A stretch of DNA of 64,000 nt from Squalus acanthias (GCA_030390025.1 CM059431.1:153886001-153950000), one strand, 5' to 3'; shown: positions 25,277-37,289, numbered from the stretch's first letter. Program-made: numbers and translations. The notes: generated from the sequence alone by a model not told the origin.

Positions 25277-26991
25277 CTGAGTATTTTACATTTGTGTTGC
25301 ACGAGCTCCAACTGATGGATACCTTTATCTTGTATCTCACAGGTGCTGAGATTCAACTCTTCAATCACTTCAAGGGCCATTAGTGCGTTTGTCAGAACCG
25401 CACAGTCAGAAGGTATAAGAGGACACAGTGTGAATTCCATTGTCTTTATCGGTGTTAATGCTGCCTTCATCCGTTTTATTTCTCCAAATTCAAGAAAATA
25501 ATGCAATATCAGTAAGAATGTCCTTTGGCTTTGCCCATCTTCCAGGTTCTGAACACGTCTTTTGACTTTTTCCGTGAGCAAATGCGACACACACGGGAAT
25601 GCTTGAGAAGGAATTTCCCCCAATTTTCTATCAAGCTGATCAGTTGAATTCCGTGAGGAGACACCGACAAGAAAACGAGAAAAATATATTGAATCTCTCG
25701 TCAATGCACGTGTAGCCTTCATTGAGCAATCGTGTCACACCATTTCCTGGTGTGCTAAGACTTTCCATAAGTGCAGCGACAAAGTCATGCACGACGGAAT
25801 GAGTGAGTGTCCAGACAAAACTACACAGATGTTCATCTCGAATCTCCATCATAAACGTAGAGATAAAGTTGGAAAGTTCGAGTCTGTGGCGATTGATTTG
25901 CTTTTCATTAAACACAATGTTTTTTTTTGCAACTCCCTTGTACGCTAACTCGCCGAGTTTCAGCAACATGTCTTGAGCGGTTTCTGCGTCACAGCCGCAT
26001 CTCTCGAAAAGGCTTGTGACGTACGCGCAGAAAACCTGTGTGCTGGTTGTGACGGACAATGGTCTGTCCCCCGCTCCTTGTACCCGGTGTGACTCTAAAA
26101 ATGAAGCGAGGAGCGAGCAGTACAGAGGATTATAGCACATGGTGTACATTGTCTCATTCTGCTCAATGTACTCGATTATATCTTTCGCAAACTGTTCATC
26201 TACAAAATAACGGCCGACGTATTGTTTTATTTTCTCAGAGGTGAAACCCAGAATTTCCACCGTTGGAAATAAGTGTGCCTTTCCCAGTGACTTCAGTTTC
26301 CATGGCCGGCTTGTGATCAGTACTGAACAGCCTTTCAGTAAGTGTCCCTGTATGAAGCAGCGCACGATGTCTGACACTTCACTGCAGCAGTCGGGATCGA
26401 AACATTGATATTGGGGGTCGTTGTTTCTCTGAATTTCGGTGAAATCGATAGTAAAATTTGTCTAAATAATCAAATATAAAGAATATATTTCCGGGTCCTT
26501 TCCACAGAAGTTCCAACTCAGTTTGGAAGTCGGAGTAGGAATCCAGGATCAGGCTAGTTAGACATGTTTTTCCTTTTATTAAATTCAATTTTCTAACCTT
26601 AAAAGGAAAGACAACTTTAATCTGTTTGTATATTTTCCCTGCAGCCCAATGATGGATTATCTTCTGTATCATGGTGCTTTTCCCAATTCCCGTGGCCCCA
26701 ATTACCACGGTTGTCCCAGAACTGCCTGTTTTCGTGAAACTCAGCAATTGATTCAGGTGAATTTCTTCTCGTTCATTCTGGACGGTTTTGATCTGTAATT
26801 CTTTATGCTCTCTACCTCGGGCCTTCAGTTCATTTTCTACGAATCTCCGCTCACGCAGGGAAGCAACACGCGTTACTTTAGTTTATTTTTCATCCAGAAA
26901 AAATCTTCGAAATCTTTTTTTCCTACAGTGGTTTTGAATGTCATCTTCACATTTTCTTTGTGGAGAGTGTCTTTGTGCTGCAGTTCTATCT
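25277..26991 (-). pseudogene. NLR large exon: NACHT NTPase and helical domains
   Basis: Walker A GATGIGKS, Walker B-like FFIFDYLDKF, sensor VLITSRP, EILGF, CYNPLYC, THSVVHDFVAA; frameshifts near 26900, 26452 and 25682; TAA at 26885-26883; exon ends CTCAG|ttaatt without the expected GT. Confidence 0.93.
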
Positions 26992-27529
26992 CTTGAATAT
27001 GAACAACGTCATTGGTGTAGTCCTTGTAATTCAAGAGATAAATATTTGACAGATCAGTGATATGAAGGAAAAACTAATCATCATGAAACAAAAAAACTAG
27101 AAAGATTCTGACCAATGAGTCAGCCATTCATTATTTTAAAGTTTAGTGCACAGACACTCTGAGCAAAAAAGACAATATCCGTACACATCATACATTTCTG
27201 AAGTATAAGGACAATGCATTATAAAGCAAGCTTGAGGATTGTGGGTCGTTTGCTTTTGGATTTTCAGCTTCTGGTAATGAAGATTTCTAAATTACGAGAA
27301 AAATAGCAAACGTCAATATTGGTAAATTATTGTCATTTTATGTTCACAGGTCAATAAGGGTTATGAACGACCCCTGGTTTCGTCATGTAATAAACGATGT
27401 TTGAAGTCACGGGTCTGGTCAGCAATCGAGTTCATTCATTGCTTTCTAATCCTGGGGGTTCCGTTTGTTCTGATTCTGCTGCTCAGTGCTTTTACGGTCA
27501 GAAACGTTTTACTGACCAGCACATGAGAT

Positions 27530-27707
27530 GGGAAAGGTATCATAGTGGTAATGTCACTGGGTGAGTAATCCGGAGGGCATGGACTAATGATCTAGAGACG
27601 TGAGTTCAAATCACACTACAGCAACTGGGGAATTTAATTTCAGTTAATTAAATACATCTGGAATAAAAAGCTAGTTACAGTAATGGTAACCATGAAACTA
27701 TCGGATT
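27530..27707 (+). mobile_element. tRNA-derived SINE-like head
   Basis: A-box-like TAGTGGTAATGTCACTGG and B-box-like GAGTTCAAATC; runs directly into L2-like LINE coding sequence. Confidence 0.75.
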
Positions 27708-29222
27708 GACCTCGTCCTCGCCAACCTACCTGTCGCAGATGCATCTGTCCGTAGCAGTGACGAAGATCCCGTCTTCACACTGAGAACACCCACCGTGCTA
27801 AATTCAGAATAGATCTAGCAGTTCAAAACTAGGCACCCATGAGGCAGCAGCCGAATTGTAACCTGGGGACGCTGCAACACAGGACTACATGAATGCATGC
27901 TTAAAAGCGGAAGCAGCATGCTGTAGACAGGGATAAGAGACCCCGCATTCAACGGACTTGATCGAAACTCTGCAGCCCTGCCACATCAAGTCATCAATCA
28001 ATTAACAGGAAGTGGACTGAATAGCCCCAACCTAGATGGTGGAGCCCATCACGTGAGTGCGAAAGCGAAGGCTGAAGCATTTGCAACCATCTTCAGCCAG
28101 AAGTGCTGATTGGATGATACATATCGATCGACTCCTGAGATCTCCACCATCGATTCACTACACGCTGAGCGCTCTGGATACAGCAAAGATTATGGGACCC
28201 GACAACACCCCGGCTATCAAGCTGAAGACATGTGCTCTAGCCAAGCTGTTCCAATACAGCTACAATAACTGGCATCTATCCGACGATGTGGCAATTAGCC
28301 CAGGTCTGTACTGTCCAAAAAAACCAGGATAATTACCGCCCCATCAGTCTACTCTCAATCATCAGCAAAGTGATGGAAGGTGTCATCGGCAATGCTATCA
28401 AGCAGCACTTACACGCCAATAACCTGCTCACTGATGCCCAGTTTCGGTTCTGCCAAGACCCACTCGGCTCCCGACCTCGTTACAGCCTTGGTCCAAACAT
28501 GGACAAAGGTGCTGAATTCTAGAGGTGAATTGAGAGTGACTGCCCTGGGCAGCATTTGACCGAGTAGTAAAACTGAAGTCAATGGGGAGGGGGCCGGTAA
28601 TCTCCACTGGATGGAGTGATACCTAACAAAAAGGAAGATGGTTGTGGTGATTGAAGCTCAATCATCACAGCCCCAGGACATCGCGGCAAATGTTCCATAT
28701 TAACGCAGTCTCCTGTGCCGAATCTGCTTCATCAATGAACTTCCCTCCAACATAAAGTCAGAAATGGGGATATTTGCTGGTGACTACACAGTGTTCAGTG
28801 CCATTCAAAATTACTCAGATATTGAAGCCGTCCATGCCCGCATGCAACAGGACCTGGACGACGTTCAGGCTTGGGCTGATAAGTGGCAGGTAACATTCAC
28901 GCCACAGAAGTGCCAGGCAATGACTATCTCCAACAAGCGAGAGTCTAACCACCACCCCTTGGCATTCAACGGCATTACAATCCTCAACCTTCAACATCCT
29001 GGGGGTCACCTTTGACCAGAAACTTAACTGGACCAGCCACATAAATACTGTGGCAACAAGAGCTTGTCAGGGCTAGCTATTATGCGGCAACTGTCTCACC
29101 TCCTGATTTCCCCAAGCGTTTCTACCATCTACAAGGCACAAGTAAGGAGTATGATGGAATACTCTCCACTTGCCTGGATGAGTGCAGCTCCAACAACACT
29201 GAAGAAGCTCGCAACCATCTGT
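27708..29222 (+). mobile_element. L2/CR1-superclade LINE, internally deleted
   Basis: ORFs 28286-28522 (WQLAQVCTVQKNQDNYRPISLLSIISKVMEG) and 28764-29015 (FAGD..QQDLDDVQAWADKWQVTF); same family as 13418-17200 but opposite strand. Confidence 0.88.
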
Positions 29223-29228
29223 TGAACA

Positions 29229-29530
29229 ATTTTTTAAATTATACTTAATTAACCACTTACCTTGTTGAAAACGGCTCCTGCGCCTCCTTTTTATAAGCGT
29301 AGGTTCTTCACTACTTAACCTCCCGTAGAAACCTGAAAAAAAATCTAAGTTCGCTGCATGCGTGCAGCCTCTACCGCACACGCGGTTCACCTAGGAACCG
29401 CCCCCTTCACCAGACCGGAAGTTCCGGTTTCCGGCGCATGCGCAGTGCATGCAGGAAACCGGCACTTCGGGACGCATGACGGGTGAGTATTCACGATGTA
29501 CTCACCCGAGAAGGGCCGAATTTTTGGCCC
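29229..29530. mobile_element. Harbinger-type MITE right end, copy B
   Basis: Shares GGAACCGCCCCCTT, the core GCGCATGCGCAGTGCATGC, two hairpins and a GAATTTTTGGCCC terminus with copy A. Confidence 0.8.
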
Positions 29531-29561
29531 AGTAATTCAGGTTTAGTATCAAAGGGGGGAA

Positions 29562-30832
29562 TGTAAGCTTCGCAAAATCCGCCAGAAACTCGAACAGAAA
29601 CCTAAGTGTAGTGATTTGAGGTAAAACCCTCAGTTTTGGACATTTTTAACGATCAGGGAAGAAAACCCTGAGGAAAATGACTTTTTGAATCTTACTGCTG
29701 GGAAAGACACCTTTCACAGACACCGACAGACTGCGGAGGGGCGTGGCCAGGCAGTGGATACCTTTGGGGATTGGGGCTCAATTAAGCTATCTGGGAATGT
29801 GTTTACACTGCCATTCTACCAAGGAGGAAGAGACGAAACCCAAAAGCCTCACACAGACATCGAAATATGAATAAACCAAGATCTCTTTTGAAATTCCCAG
29901 GCCCACACAGGATGCCAGGGGCCTGCAATCAATAAAACTTTTAGTAACCCGATTTACTTAATCAAAAACCAATTAACCAGGTATCCACAGGACAGATTTA
30001 AAGCCCGCCAAAAAACCCAGGACAATGGGGACAAGATTTGGCGCGTAGATAAAGGCTTTGCCTAAATCGGAAACTAACTTCACATGTTTAACACCAAGTT
30101 AAAGCCATCGGAACTGACAAGCCCGCCAAAACTAAGAGAATGGACTAAACAGGGCTCATTTGAAATCTAAAGCAAACCGTTTTAGTAAGGGGTTTTGGGC
30201 GCGAAAAAGACAGTATCATTGGTGCCTAATGTCCCAGGACTCGCTCTCTCTGGACTCGCTGACAAAGCTGGCACAGCTCTCTCTCTTTCTCAGCTCTGCT
30301 CCAGCAAAGACATCACGAGGCTCGAGGAGGAGGAGGAGGAGGAGGAAGGAAGGGCAACAATTTCACAAACAGACCATCACACAGTGAAAACAGAGCAACT
30401 GCCTCAGTGACCATCGGACACCTCGCAGCAACAAGGGCCTGATGAAACCTGTTACTCAAAAGACTCTAAAAACCCTGTCAAGGATTCGTTTGGTGAGCAT
30501 TATCCCTGATCTCCTGAAACCAAAACCTAGCTAGATAGTGGGATTTTTGGGAGGGATAAGGTTTTATTTGTTTGGTATATTGTCTATTCTCCCTCGCCTG
30601 TACCGTGTGTTCCCCAACCTGTGTTTAAGTATTACGTGTGTTTTAAGTTTGTTACCTTTTTCTTTTAATAAAGTCAAAATTCTTTCATCAGAACCTGTTG
30701 TCTACTGCATTTTTTTCACAACCCCTAAATAAGTCCAAAGTCTAGGAACCAGGGGAGTGAGAGCGATTCGAACCGCTCACTGAGTCAGAGGTGCAGGCTG
30801 AACCCAGTATCACACCCTACACTTTTTTCACA
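29562..30832 (+). mobile_element. LTR of an endogenous retrovirus or LTR retrotransposon (3' LTR, preceded by a PPT)
   Basis: AAAGGGGGGAA polypurine tract immediately before TGTAAG; ends TTTTTTCACA; AATAAA near 30667. The right boundary is inferred from the CA end only. Confidence 0.7.
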
Positions 30833-30926
30833 AGTACCGAATCGAATTCCATTCAGTGTAGAATTACAGCTGATATTTTACCAATATCTTCTTCTTCTTA
30901 GGCAGTCCCTCGGAACCGAGGATGAC

Positions 30927-32687
30927 ATAAGAACATAAGAACATAAGAAATAGGAGCAGGAGTAGGCCAATCGGCCCCTCGAGCCTGCTCCGCATTCAAT
31001 AAGATCATGGCTGATCTGATCCTAACCGCCAATCTACTATCTACTATCACAGAACCATCTCCTGCATCTAAAAGAATTGCACACACGAAATAGGAGCAGA
31101 ATCAGGCTACACGGTCGCTGGGCCCGCTCCACTACCCACAGGGCCATGATCGATCCGAAACTAGACTCATGTCCAAATTCCTGCCCGCTCCCCGTAACCC
31201 TTAATGCCCTTTACTTCGAGGAAACTGTCTATTTCTGTTTTAAATTTATTTAATGATGTAGCTTCTACCGCTTTTTGTGGCAGCATATTCCATGGACCTA
31301 CCACCTTCTGAGTGAAGTAGTTCCTCCTCATCTCAGTTTTGAAAGAGCAGCCCCTTATTCTAAGACTATGTCCCCTAGTTCTAGTCTCACCCGTCATCGG
31401 GAACATCCTCCCCGCATCCACCCGATCCAACCCCTTCACAATCTTATATGTTTCTATATGATCGCCTCTCATTCTTCTGAACTCCAATGAGTAGAGTCCC
31501 AATCTACCCAACCTCTCCTCATATGACCACCCCCTCATCCCCGGGATTAACCGAGTGAACCTTTTTTGCACTGCCTCGAGAGCAAGGATGTCTTTCCTTA
31601 AGTAAGGACACCAAAACTGTATGCAGTATTCCAGGTGCGGTCTCACCAATACCTTGTACAACTGAAGCAATACCTCCCTATTTTTATATTCTATCCCCCT
31701 AGCAATGAAAGCCAACATTCTATTTGCCTTCTTAATCACTTGCTGCACCTGCATACTAACCTTTTGAGTTCCGTGCACCAGGACTCCCAGATCCCTTTGC
31801 ACTTCAGTACTCTCCAGTTTCTTGCCATTAATATAATAAATTGCTCTAGGATTTTTCCTGCCAAAGTGCATCACCTCACACTTTCCAGTGTTGTATTCCA
31901 TCTGCCAAATCTCTGCCCACTTACTTAGCCTGTCTATGTCCCCTTGCAGGCTTTTTATGTCCTCCTCACTCACTACTTTCCCTCCCATCTTAGTATCATC
32001 TGCAAATTTTGATATGTTACACTTGGTCCCTTCCTCCAAATCGTTAATATAGATTGTGAAGAGTTGGGGACCCAGCACTGACCCCTGTGGAACACCACTA
32101 GTTACTGATTGCCAGTCTGAGAATGAACCATTTATCCCAACTCTTTGCTTTCTGTTAGATAGCCAATGCTCTATCCATGCCAGAATATTACCCCCAATCC
32201 CGTGATTTTTTTCCTTAAGCAATAATCTTTTGTGTGGCACCTTGTCAAATGCCTTTTGGAAGTCTAAATACACTATGTCCACAGGTTCCCCTTTATCCAC
32301 TCTATATGTTACTTCCTCAAAGAACTCCAGCAAATTTGTCAAACATGACTTCCCCTTCGTAAAACCATGCTGACTTTGTTCTATTAAATTATGATTATCC
32401 AAATGTCCTGTTACTGTTTCCTTAATAATGGACTCCAAAATTTTACCTACCACAGATGTTAGTCTAACCGGTCTATTGTTACCAGCCTTCTGTCTACTGC
32501 CCTTTATAAATAAGGGTGTTACATTAGCAGTTTTCCAGTCTGCCGGGACCTTAGCGGAATCCAGGGAGTTTTGAAAAATTATTACCAATGCATCTACAAT
32601 CCCTACCGCCACTTCCTTCAAGACTCTAGGATGTAAGCCATCAGGTCCAGGTGATTTATCCGCCTTGAGTCCCATTATTTTACCATT
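30927..32687 (-). mobile_element. Young 5'-truncated CR1 with uninterrupted RT frame
   Basis: C-terminal ~500 aa of ORF 31167-32909; TSD ATGAC at 30922-26 and 32688-92; very similar to 3603-5357. Confidence 0.96.
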
Positions 32688-33072
32688 ATGACTTGCTTCC
32701 ACAGTAAAAATGAGTTCGCAGGTGACTGATGAGTCCAATGCGGGACCTACAGTCTCTGTCACAGGTGGGGCAGACGGTGGTTGAAGGGGCGGGTGAGTGG
32801 GGTGCGTGGGTTGACGAGCACTCCTTACGCTGTTGGGTGCTGGACTTCCGCTTGATCCCGGCGATGAGATTCGAGGTGTTCGACGACTTCCTGGATGCTT
32901 CTTCTCCACTTTGTACGATTTTGGGCCAGGGATTACAGGGAGCCTACTGTCAACAATGGCAGACGTCGATGACGAAATCCAACACCGCCTTCACTGTGCC
33001 AGTGCAGCCTTCGGTCGCTAGAGGAAGAGAGTGTTTGAAGACAAGGACCTCAATCCCGGCACTAAGCTCATA

Positions 33073-33358
33073 GTTATGATTTGGCTATGATAAATTGACC
33101 CTCAGTGTTAGGGGGGGATTAAATATGTGGGGTTACGGGGATAGGATGTGATATGTTAGGGGGAATTAAATACGTGTGGTTACGGGGATAGGGTGGGATA
33201 TGTGTCGGTGCAGGCTCGATGGGGATTCTGTGTGAGGAAGCAGGGATAGGGTACTGGATTTGCATGATCAGCCATGATCGTATTGAATGGTGGAGCAGGC
33301 TCGACGGGCCGAATGGCCTACTCCTGCTCCTAGTTTCTATGTTTCTATGTTTCTATGT
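33073..33358 (+). mobile_element. HE1-like SINE 3' part fused to a CR1 3' end
   Basis: GGGTTACGGGGATAGG duplicated segment and GTCGGTGCAGGCTCGATGGG, then the CR1 3' motif and a (TTTCTATG)3 tail; interrupts the RTE. Confidence 0.7.
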
Positions 33359-34288
33359 ATCTGCAGAGCAGCATTGATACCTGCCCTTCTGTATGCCTCA
33401 GAGTCATGATCCATGTACAACAGGCACCTCAAAAAACTGGAGAGGTAGCATCAACGCTGCCTCCGCAAGATCCTGCAATTCAATTGGCAGGATAGGCGCA
33501 CCAACATCAGTGTTCTCGCTCAGGCCAACACCCCAGCATCGAAGCTTTGAGCACGGTCGATCTGCTCCGATGGAGTGTCATATCGTCCGCATGCCCGAAA
33601 GTAGACTCCCAAAACAAGCGCTCTACTCGGAGCTCCGACACGGCAAGACAGACCAAGGTGGGCAGAGGAAACGGTTCAAGGACACCCTCAAAGTCTCCTT
33701 TACCAATATATACCACCCTTACTGACATTGATTCTGCCTTTCCTTTTTTTTTAACAAATCCCACATCTTTTCAATTTCCCTTTGCAGTTTCCTCTGGTCT
33801 TAATAAGTAACTGTACTCCACATTTTCGCAACATCTGCAAATTCCAATCATGATATATAATCAAGTTAGTAATAGATTAGAATAGTGGCCGCAGAACTGA
33901 ATCCTGCGAGGCAGCACCACTACTTTCAACAACTTGTTTGCAGAACAATACTTGGACGTTGACGGTAACTTCAATGCAATTTTCAAGTAACTTCAAGATG
34001 AGTGTATCCGGTAAGTAAAAATACACTAATATATCCTTTTAGGATATATATATGTATAGAACACATACATATTTGAGTGCCGGTGCCCCACAAGATCAAG
34101 CTGTCCAACAGCTTCTCGACCCTCTCTTTGCAGTCAGTCACTAGTCTAAAGTTAATTTGCAGAAGAGACGCATTTTACAGCTTGGATTTGTGAAAGATAT
34201 ATCATGCCTGACAAATACGATTTACATTTTTTGAGGAGGTGACTAAATTAGTGGACAGGGGTACGTGAATGGATGTTATTTATATGGA

Positions 34289-37282
34289 CATAAGAACATA
34301 AGAACATAACAACATAAGAAATAGGAGCAGGAGTAGGCTATTCGGCCCTTCGAGCCTGCTCCGCCATTCAAAGAGATCATGGCTGATCATCTGCCTCAAC
34401 TCCATTCACTGGCCCTATCGCCATATCCCTTGATGCCCTTACTAGTCAGAATCTATCGACTTCTGTTTTGAATATACCCAATGACTGAGCCTCCACAGCC
34501 CTGTGGGATAGTGAATTCCAAGGATTCACCACCCTCTGTGTGAAGAAATTTCTTCTCATCTCAGTCCTGGAAGGCCTAAGGTTTCTCTTGAGTCTGTGGC
34601 CCCTGATTCTAAACTCCCCAGCTGATGGAAACATTCTCCCAAATTCCATCCTATCAAGCCCTGTAATAATTTTGTATGCTTCAATGAGATCCCCTCTCAT
34701 TCTTCTGAATTCAAAAGAATTCAGGCATAGTTTACTCAATCACTTCTCATACGACTGTCTCGCCATCCCAGGAATCAATCTCGTGAACCTTCGTTGCACT
34801 CCCGCTATGGCAAGTATCTCCTTTCTTAGGTAAGGAGACCTAAAGTGTACACAGAATTCCAGGATGTGGTCCCACAAAGGCCCTATATAATTGGAGTAAG
34901 ACTTCTTTACTCCTGTACTCAAATCCTCTTGTAATGAAGGCCAGCATACCATTTGTTTTCCTAATGGCTTGCCGCACATGCACATTCACTTTCAGTGACT
35001 CATGCACAAGGACACCCAGGTACCTTTGACCATCTGCATTCCCCAATCTTTCACCATTTAGGAAATACGCTGCCTTTCTGTTTTTTCTACCAAAGTGGAA
35101 GACTTCACATTTATCCACAACATATTCCATCTGCCATGTTCTCGCCCACTCACTGAGCCAGTCGAAATCCCCTTGAAGCATCTTCACATCCTCTTCGCAA
35201 CTGACACTGCCACCTAGCTTTGTATCATCAGCAAATTTTGAAACATTACATTTAGTCCCCTCATCCAAATCATTGATATAGATTTTGAATAGCTGGGGCC
35301 CAAGCATCGAACCTTGCTGTACCCCACTAGTCACAGCCTTCCATTCTGAAAAAGACCCGTTTATCCCTACTCTTTCTTTTCTGTCTGTTAACGAATTCTC
35401 AATCCATGCTGGTGTATTACCCCCAATTCCATGTGCCCTAATTTTGTTCACCAACCTCTTGTGTTGGAACCTATCGAAGGTCTTCTGAAAATCCAGATAC
35501 ACCACAACTACTGTTTCCCCTTAGTCTACTCCAGTAATTACATCCTCAAAGATCTCAAATTGGTATGTCAAACAGTATTTACCTTACATAAATGCATGTT
35601 GACTCTGCCCAATCTAACTATTAGTTTCGAAGTGCCCAGTTATTGCATCCTTTATAATTGATTCCAGCATTTTACCATGGCCAACTTTTCCCTTATACAC
35701 TTCTAGTTTCCTCTGTTTAGATTGAAGACCTTAGTTTCATATTGTACTACATCACTCTCAAGTTTAAAGTAAAATTCAATCATATTATGTTGACTTGTCC
35801 CTAAAGGCCCCTTTACCACAAGATTATTGATTAGCTCTTTCTCACTACACTTAACCAGATGCAGAATAGCCTGTTCCCTGGTTGGTTCCTCCACATACAG
35901 ATCGAGGAAAACATCTCGCATGCATTCCAAGAATTCGTCCTCCACACAATTCGTGGTAATTTGATTTGCCCAGTCAAAATGTAGATTTAAGTCCCCCATG
36001 ATTACCGTATTGCTCATGTTACATGCACTTCTAATATCTTGATGGATACTTTGCCCCACATTACCATTACTGTTTGGTGGCCGATACACAACACCCACCA
36101 TTTTTTCCCGCCGTTTGCTATTTCTTAGCTCCAGCCAAATTGATTCCAGTTCTACATCACGATCTGCCAAGCCAAGATCTTGTATCTCTACCGTACCAAT
36201 ATCGTCCCTTAATCACAGCGCAACGCCACCTCCTTTTACCTTTTTGTCTGTCCTTCCTAAATGTTGAGTAACCTGGAACATTCAGTTCCCAGCTTTGGTT
36301 ACCCTGCAAGCATGTCTCTGTAATGGCAGTTACATCATACCCATTTACTTCTATTAGTGCCATTAATTCATCCACCTTTTTGTGAATGCTACGAGCATTT
36401 AGATACAGTGCCATCAACTTTGCCTGTTAAATATTTTTCTGCAATTTGAACCTCTTTACTGTTGGCCTTTGTTTCTGCTCCCTATTGTTTTGCTGACTAC
36501 TTTTCTAACTTTCACTTCCAGCTTTGTTTCTCTCCGTTTTGGGCCCAGACTTAGGTTCCCAGCACCCTGAAAAATGAGCTTAAATCCTTCCCAACAGCAC
36601 TAGAAACCTGCCGATGTTTATCCCGTCCACCTTGTACACGCCCCACCTTCCCCAGAATCGGTCCCAAAGCCTCAGGAATTTAAATCCCTCCCTCCTACAC
36701 AATCTCGCCAGCCACGCATTCATCTAATCTATTCTCCTACTTATGCTCTCGCTAGCACGTGTCACTGGTCGTAATCCTGAGATTACTAACTTTGAGGTCC
36801 TGCTTTTTAATTTATTTTCTCGCTCTCTATATTCTGCTTGAAGGACCTCGTCCCTCTTTCTACCTATGTCGTTGGTACCGATATGGACCACGACCACTGG
36901 CTGTTCATCCTCCCCCTTCAGAATGTCTGGCAGTGACATCCTTGACTTGTCACCAGGGAGGCAACACACCATCCTGGAGTCACGTCTGCGGCCACAGAAA
37001 AGTCTATCTGTTCCCCTTACGAGAGTATCCTCGATCACTATTTCTCTCCCACTATTTTTCCTCCCCTCCTGTACAGCTGAGGCACTCGTTGTGCCACGGA
37101 CTTGGCTCTTGCTGCATTCCCCTGAGAAACCATCTCACCCAGCAATATCCAAAAAGGAAAATATGTTGGAGAGGGAGATGGACCCAGGTGACTCCTGCCC
37201 TACCTTCCGAGTTATTTTACTCTGTCTGGCAGTCACCCATTCTCTGTCTGCCTATGCCCTCTTTACCTGCGGTGCGACCAGC
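34289..37282 (-). mobile_element. CR1 LINE with ORF1 (SGNH esterase-like), endonuclease and RT; internally deleted
   Basis: ORF 36724-37038 (DTLVRGTDR..MVCCLPG..VVVHIGTNDIG), 36157-36417 and 35703-36170 (APE), 34840-35505 (RT, FADD); (CATAAGAA)n tail. Confidence 0.93.
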
Positions 37283-37289
37283 TCGTTAT

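Larger units (their letters stand above)
22904..26991 (-). pseudogene. NACHT-LRR (NLR, NLRP3/NLRC3-like elasmobranch family) pseudogene, 4 recognisable exons
   Basis: Exons 26991-25277 (pre-NACHT + NACHT + helical domains + first LRR), 23778-23692, 23427-23236, 22991-22904; at least 3 frameshifts, 3 premature stops and 2 damaged splice sites. Confidence 0.93.
30888..33698 (-). mobile_element. RTE LINE with 5' inversion, flanked by an 11-bp TSD, carrying two nested insertions
   Basis: TSD TTTACCAATAT at 30877-30887 and 33699-33709; (GAA)n tail; minus-sense 3' part 30888-30926 plus 32688-32936; plus-sense inverted part 32937-33072 plus 33359-33698. Confidence 0.9.

Noticed and set aside
27231..27286. 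Possible NLR linker exon (KSSLPEAENPKANDPQSS)
   Set aside because: Plausible acceptor but no GT donor, and the phase needed to join the NACHT exon contains a stop.
30160..30410. Poly-Glu / poly-Arg ORFs
   Set aside because: Produced by a (GGA)n tract inside the LTR.
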